DNA from: the human T2T-CHM13v2.0 reference genome, Homo sapiens
DNA length: 64,000 bases
NCBI RefSeq assembly: GCF_009914755.1
Contig: NC_060931.1
Strand: one strand, 5' to 3'
Shown here: one piece after another, positions 57,301 to 64,000 of the stretch
Layout of the letters: every line of letters starts with the position of its first letter
Numbering within the stretch: the first letter of the stretch is position 1
Position numbers and translations under genes: made by a program
The notes under the pieces: generated by a model
Database searches by the model: none
What the model was told of the DNA's origin: nothing
Seen by the model: the letters and a program-made list of their open reading frames with translations, nothing else

Positions 57301-59440
57301 TACAAATCTAGTGAAGTGATTTTTTCACAAAGGCAGAAAGGCAATTCAATGAAGACAGGATCATCTTTTCAACAGGTGGTGCTGGAACAATTGAGCATCC
57401 ATGTGCCCACTCCCCACAAAAGAGAGCCAAGACACAGACCTTACACCTTACACAAAAATGAACTCAAAAGAGACCAAAAATCTAAATGTAAAACACAAAA
57501 TCATAAAAATTCTAGAATAAAACATATAAGAAAATCTGCATGACCTGAAGTTTGGTGGTAATTTTATAAACATAATGCCATAAGCACAATTCCTGGGGGA
57601 AAATTTTAATAATTGAGCTTTCTTAAAATAGAAAACTTTTGCTCGGTGAAAGACATTGTTAAGAGAATGAAAATATAAGCCACATTGTTAAGAAAATGAA
57701 GGACAAGCAACAGACTGGGAGAAAAAATTTCAAATTGCCTTCCTGATAAAGGACTTGTATCCATAATACACCAAGAATTCTTAAAACTCAGTAACACAAA
57801 AATAAGACACTCAACTAAAAAATGGGCAAATGATCTGAACAGACACTGACTAAAAACTATGTGTATATGGTCAATAAGCATATGGAAAGGTTTTCATATC
57901 ATTTGTCATTAGATATATGACTAAAAACTTATTAGAATGGCTACCATTTAAAAAACCTGATTATATCAATTTCTGGTAAGAAAGTAGAACAACAGAAACT
58001 CTTAATGCTGGTGGAAACACAGAATGGTATAGCTACTTTGGAAGACAATTTTGAAGTTTCTGATAATGCCAACCATGGTCTTACCATATGATCCAGCAAC
58101 AGTGCTTCTAAGTCTTTTTTCAACTGGTTTGAAAAAGAATACCCACAAAAAACTTTGCACACAAATATTTATAGCAGCGTTATTCATAATTTCCCCAAAC
58201 TGGAAGCAACCACGATGTCCTTCAGCAGGTAAACGGGTACACGAACTGTGGTACAATCAGACTACTTCGTACTATTCAACAATAAAAACAAACAAGCTAC
58301 CAAACCATGCAAAGATCAGCATGCATCTTGAATGAATATTACGTGATAGAATCCAGCATGAACAGGCTATATGTTTTCTGATTTGATTTTTATGACATTC
58401 TGGAAGAGGCAGAAAATATAGAGATGGTAAAAGAATAGAGACTTCTAGCAGCAGTTACCAAGGTTTCATGAGTGGGAAGGGTTGAATAGGAAGCGTTTGA
58501 AAAAGATGTAATGATGCCAAATGGATAAAATTGCCACAAGAAAGAGCTCCCTATGACCAAAGCTGGGACAATTTTAGTAACAAAATAAAATGATACTGGA
58601 TTATAACCCAAAGTATAAGATAAGTATCTGAGTTCATCCTGACATAAACAAATGACTGAATAAATAAATATACGGGGAAAAGAAACAAATCTCTCATTTG
58701 GAAGAATTCCAAATAATTTATGCAGCTGGTCTGGACTCAGAAGTGGAGCATGAATCCCCGCTCCTTAAGTGTGTGCTGTGCCTAGTGACTTCCTTCCAAA
58801 GAGCACATTATGGAAAAGGGGGAGAAAAGAGGAACTTGACAGCGGAGAAATCTGAACGCAGCCTCAGCCAGGTGACCAAGGTCAACGTCGTAAATAATAA
58901 GTCACGTAGATAGCATGTGCCTTTGATATGACGTGATAAGAATGCCACTTTATCTCTGTGGTCTTCCTCAAAAAACCTATAATGCCAGCGTAATCCTGAG
59001 AAAAACATCGGACAAACCCCAACTTAGGGAAATTCTACAAAATACCTGACCAATACTTCTCAAAACGTTCAAGGTCACATGAAACAAGGAAAAGTCCAAG
59101 AAACTGTGACAGCCAGGAGGAGCCTAAAGCCACCTGACAACTAAATGTAATACGGGATCCTGAATGAGATCCAAGTATAGAAAAAGGATAGTGGATAAAA
59201 ACTAAGGAAGTCCAAAAGAAAGCGTGGACTTCAGTTCATAATAACATGTCAATATTGATTAACTAGTTGAACCATAGTAATATAAAATGTGGAATATAAT
59301 ACATACTATGTTACACATAATACAAATATTATAAATATATAATAGTGGAAACTGGGTTATAGGGTATATGAGAATTCTCTGTATTATCATCACAATTTTT
59401 TGTAAATCTAACACTACTCAATTGTAAAAAGTTGATTAAA
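54395..59440 (+). mobile_element. Old L1MC/MD-like element, internally deleted
   Basis: 5' fragment, degenerate EN (DIYRRLHPTTAEY), ORF2 C-terminal region and a long L1MC-type 3' UTR. Confidence 0.75.
56866..57292. mobile_element. MER47 (MER47B-like) TcMar-Tigger MITE
   Basis: 'gatgggg'-like start 'caatggggttacttcctgataaacccatc', 'ggctgactgggagctg', 'tatggtttctactgaa'; flanked by TA on both sides. Confidence 0.85.
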
Positions 59441-60827
59441 AAATTTCCCTTTATCTTAGTAAAATATCTCCAAAAATTAAAAAAGTTTCTTAAATTAATC
59501 AAATCATTCATACCTATTATTCAATGTTAATATTCCATGTTTCACTTAATAAAGGGAAAAATATACGTATTTGTATATAAAAACAAATTTTATCATATAT
59601 TTGCTCTTTTAACTTACTATTTTTACTTAATAAATTAAAATCAAATGACTTTTTGCAACCTCCAATGATTTCCTGGCTACAGAGGAGTTTTATACTCTTG
59701 TTTTATAAATGAAAATGATGTATCCCTCAGGATGATTTTTATTGGTGGGAATTAAGGTAGTATAAACTTAAAGAGGTTTAAAAGGGACCCAAATTAATAA
59801 GTGCTTTCTCTTTATGAATATTTATAGTCTGCTCTTTGTATTGTGGCATGTGTGAGGAAATGTTTTCTTGATTAAAAACTCAGCCAGGGCATATTGGAAC
59901 AATTTAACATTTGGATAAAAGTATATTTACTCTGATCCCTTTGAGGGGATGTTACTATTTTACCACTTAATAACTTTGGGTACTATCTCTTTAAAGTATT
60001 TTGTGTTCAAAAATTAGAAAAACGAAGAGTGATTTAGCTAGCTAATTTTTAATTCCTTCAATTTCTTTTAAGTTATTAAGTAATTCTAGATTTGCTCAAT
60101 TCTATTGATAAAAAATGGGGGTGTTTAAAATTAGAGGATTTTTGTTCCGTTTTTATATGAATTTTTAAAGTATGAAAATAAATGACAGAAAAGTCAGAAC
60201 AGAAAAGCACATTGATTTTTTAACATATTAATTTTGTGCACATTTTATTTCAAATTTGAATATTCAGCATGATGGCAATATATGTCTTTTTTCTTTTTAA
60301 TTAGAAAATTAAAACTCAAAACAGATGCTCAGCACTCTGAAAATAAGTGCCTGCCATGCTGAAGGGTGACAAGATGACATCGACAACCTCTTTTTAAAAA
60401 CGGCTGTCATCTTTCTCCCAGTTATTTGATTTTAGTATGGTTTCCTGAAAATGCTGTGAGGTTCTCTAATTCATGGAAAGAAGAGCAGTTTATTATCTTA
60501 AAAAAAATCCTGTATTTCTTTCTTTTTTTTTAAAATTGTTATCATCTGCTTTTGTTTCTCTATAGGTTTTCTGTTTTCTTTAATCCTAGGCTCCTTTCTG
60601 CGTTTTCTTGCCCCTCAACAATAGAGTCAGAGAATTTTCATGACAAGCCGCCTTGTCTGATGCCTCAGGGAAAATCACTGGTCAGGATCTTCTTCACATT
60701 GACTCTGCTGTATTCAAGAAGAGCATCTTCAGGAATAGTGTGCAGAACAGTTTCATGACAGGACATCCAAACGTATAAATAGATTGATTTTCTCCACCTG
60801 TGTTGAGATGTTTAAGGTGATGCCTCC

Positions 60828-60950
60828 TGAGTACCTGAGATGTGCTTGGCCCTGTTCTGGGTGCTCTGCCAGAGTTCACTCATTTAATCTTCACAGCAAT
60901 CTTGAGAGTTAGACACCACCTTATTCCATTTTAGAGCAGTGGAAACGGGC
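60828..60950 (-). mobile_element. MIR remnant
   Basis: 'ctcatttaatcttcacagcaatc...ccattttagag...gaaac'. Confidence 0.6.
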
Positions 60951-61325
60951 ACATGGGGTGCCCTGGGTGAGACCCTCATACACCGAAATCTCTGCACTTG
61001 AAGATATACAACACTTAAAAAAAATCTACTCATGGTGCATCTGCCTCCTCCATGCATAGGGAGTGGCAAGTTAAAAATGTTCATACCTATTACATATTTT
61101 TAAAAATGCATCTTTGGTTGTGATGTTGACACACCAGGTTTTTCACCAAACACCATGGTGTCCTAGTGTTCTCACCACCCTTGTCTGCTGTATCAGACTA
61201 ACGTGTGCCTACCACTTTGCTCTACCCATCATCTCCATCCATTGTGCCATGTACCATCTGTTCTTGGAAATGTGACATCTCATTTGCCCTTTGCCTATGT
61301 CAATAACCCTTACATCTACTCCTGC

Positions 61326-61360
61326 CAAAAAAAAAAAAAAAAAAAAAAGAAAGAAAAAAG
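61326..61360 (+). repeat. A-rich tract (A23 + GAAAGAAAAAAG) with no Alu or L1 body
   Basis: Directly visible. Confidence 0.9.
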
Positions 61361-61649
61361 AGCATCATGGTTGTAGTTTTGAGGGAAAGGACTCTTTCTC
61401 TCAAAACAGTGATGATGTGGTCTGAGGAGGATGAGAAGGACCCCATTGTTTTTTCCTCTTTCCCCTCCTGTTGCTTGGGCTCAGATGAGGGCACAGTCAT
61501 GAAGGTACCCAGCAGAGCAGCGCAACGAAGACCACAGATTTCTGACAGCAGGAATGAGGACCTCAGGGAACTGAAAAGTGCTGGCAAGATGGCAGCGAGG
61601 GAGAAGCTCAGGGAGTGACCCTTCATGTTGCCTATGAACTTCTGAGCCC

Positions 61650-62420
61650 ATCCCTATGCTGCACGTGCATGGATCTGATCCTAGTCAGCGTACCCAAATT
61701 GTGACAACTGCACTATCAGACTGGTGTCCACATCTAAGACAAACCACTGGGCCAGTGGAACAGACGCGGAACAGATAAATGGCGCTGCTGGGGCTTTGAG
61801 ACTGAACGTCCCCCAGGCCTGCAGCCAACAGAACAGTTGTAACTGATGCCCAAGCCTAACTAAGTAGATTGCCTGCTAAAACAAAAAATTAACGTTCTCC
61901 ATAGAATTTAAATAAAACGTAGAGTTACATAAGATAGAATTCAAAACATATAGTTTACGATTCAATATGACTCTCATACAAAGAGCCAGAACAATCTCGA
62001 CACACACAGCAAAAAATGACCAACAGAAGCCAGTGCTGAGATGACAGGGACATAGAAAGCACTGAATTTTATTTGTTTAATTCAGTTAGATGGTCTCTGC
62101 TTTCTAATAGGCAAGCTTAATGCATTTACACTGTTGCGAGTACTCATATTTTTGGACTTAGTTTACCATATTATTTTTGGTAGTCTCTTTCCTTATTTCT
62201 TTATTCCTTCCTCCTGACACCATTGGATTAATCACACTTATTTTATTCATTTTCCCCCTTCTGTTTGTTTGGAATTTTCTTCCTGATTCTGTTCTTTTAG
62301 TGGCCCCCTTAATTTTTAGCATGCGTAAGCAACATAAAGTATGAAGTTAAGGGATAGCCCCGCCTTTATTCTCTGGTTTCGCCCACCCAAATTCCATGTT
62401 AACGTTACATGCTTATATTT
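61650..62420. mobile_element. Old L1M fragments (sense 5' UTR/ORF1 start, then an antisense piece)
   Basis: 'gattgcctgctaaaacaaaaaattaac...agaatttaa...agaagccagtgctgagatgacag'. Confidence 0.5.
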
Positions 62421-63304
62421 TTTCTATCATTTCTATGTGTTTGAAACAGGAGGAAAGATTTTTCAGTTGAGGCACAGAAATACAGACTTAGGGTCAATAT
62501 GGACGGCAAAACTAACACAGAAAATCAACGAATTAATGAATTGACTTGAACAAGTAAATCCACAAAATGTAGTTCTGGTCCAGAGCCCTTGGTGGGAGTG
62601 GTCTGCGAAAGCCCCAGGGCCCCAGTCCTGTCTCAGGCCAAGGCTCTGATCCAGAGATCAGAGACAAAGATCAGGCTGTTGTGCTGCCTTCCCTTTGAGC
62701 CTGGCGCTTCAGATTGCCTGAGGGGACAGCCACTAAACTGAAGGAGAGGGATGACTCACTCCCAGAGATAATAAGCTCAAGATAAGTGTTTCCAGGTTTA
62801 AAAATTCTGTCTGGGTAGTTCTTCAATTGCGTTCCTAGCACAGGAAACTGACTAGAAGCAAATAAACTAGAAACCAACTAGGTTTGAGGCCTGAGGCTGA
62901 CAAGAAAACAATAAGCCTGACCCCCACAAGTGCAATGTCAGCTGCCTCTAAAGCTACCTGTTGCCTCAATCTGCATCTCCATGTTCTGGCTACAAAATCT
63001 GGGCAGTGCTGGACCAGGTCATTGTCACTGGGCCCCCTCACCTTGAGGTGATAAAGATAAATAACACCAAGGGATCCCCAGAGGTCAACCCTGGAGTCTG
63101 AGTGGGCCGTAGAAAAGGGCTTCCTCCTGGAAGCGGAACCAGGGCTGTCAGATCTAAGCATAGGACTTTTTCCAGGGCCTGGAGGGGAGCTGTTTACGAT
63201 GATTGCCCAGTGAGATTCCTTAATTGCTTGGAACAGGGGCTTTGTGCATGGCCTTATTGCTCACGAAGTTCAGAACTACATTTTGTGGTTTTACACGTTC
63301 AAGT

Positions 63305-63960
63305 AAATTCATTAGTTTGTTGAATATTTATTCAACTGACATTGAGGAACACCTGTTGTGTGCCAGAGTGGTTCCAGGTGTTGGGAATAACTGAGTGGAG
63401 CACGGCCGCAGCACATCTGCAGAGAGCATCATTCTAGAGGGTGGGAGTTAATGCATGCTCAGGGGACAGATTCACACAAACGTTGAAACAGTGCTAAGTA
63501 GTGACAGTAAAGGCCATGATTAGGGCATAAGCAAGACAGGCAATAAGAGGGGTGGTCAGGGAATGGCAGCACCCCTCTGAAGAGGAGATGTGAGCAGAGA
63601 CCAAAGCGAGGTTAAGGAAAAGTTGGGAGACAACCTGGGGAAAAGAATTCCAGGGAGTGGGAGTGAGTGCAAGTGCAGAGTGAGCGGCCACAAGGCAGCC
63701 ATGTGCTTGAGTCCTTAGGAAGAGCCAGGAGGCAGAGCATCGAGAGCCCACTGGAGGTGGGTAGCATGAGACTGCGGGGTGGCTGGGCCACTGTTGCTAG
63801 ACTGGCCGCTGTGAGGCTGAGGTGAGGCCACTGTAGACTTGAGAGGGGGCAGCACGGCGTGGCAAGCTTCTCACTGAAGATTAGCACTCTTTACACACTT
63901 TGCTGTGTGTGTGTTGAACCTGGGCAGAAGAGCCTGGGCTGGAGGAGGGCTGGAGGATCA
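63305..63960 (-). mobile_element. L2 3' remnant
   Basis: 'attcaactgacattgaggaacacctgttgtgtgccagagtggttccaggtgttgggaata...gtggtcaggga...ctctgaagaggagatg'. Confidence 0.7.
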
Positions 63961-64000
63961 CCAGGAGGATGGGTCAGGGGTCCCTCTTGCTTCACATGGT

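Overview
This is primate (human or other catarrhine) nuclear DNA: CpG-depleted, with no CpG island and no intact protein-coding gene that I can support. Most of the window is interspersed repeats, often nested. These include two full-length but dead L1PA elements (L1PA5-like at 30026-36185, L1PA8-like at 47291-53781), several old L1M relics, about ten Alus, ERV1/ERVL/MaLR LTRs (MER21, MER4-group, MER41B, MER50, MLT2, MSTA) and DNA-transposon MITEs (MER1B, MER5, MER47, MER96). The only host-gene-derived sequence I recognise is an intronless, disabled KRAB zinc-finger retrocopy resembling ZNF519 (18210-19108). I see no evidence of a new multi-gene system. The most notable observations concern retrotransposition and regulation: (1) a ~570-bp 3' transduction behind the L1PA8, bracketed by a perfect 16-bp TSD; (2) the KRAB-ZNF retrocopy fused to an antisense L1 3' end inside one 17-bp TSD pair; (3) a ~930-bp non-repeat insert with a Thr-rich reading frame that splits an old L1; (4) a MER41B LTR retaining two tandem GAS/STAT motifs; (5) an intact, N-terminally extended L1 ORF0; (6) candidate minus-strand exons in the repeat-poor 41.8-44.8 kb island. 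Repeat subfamily names come from my recall of consensus sequences and should be confirmed with RepeatMasker/Dfam.
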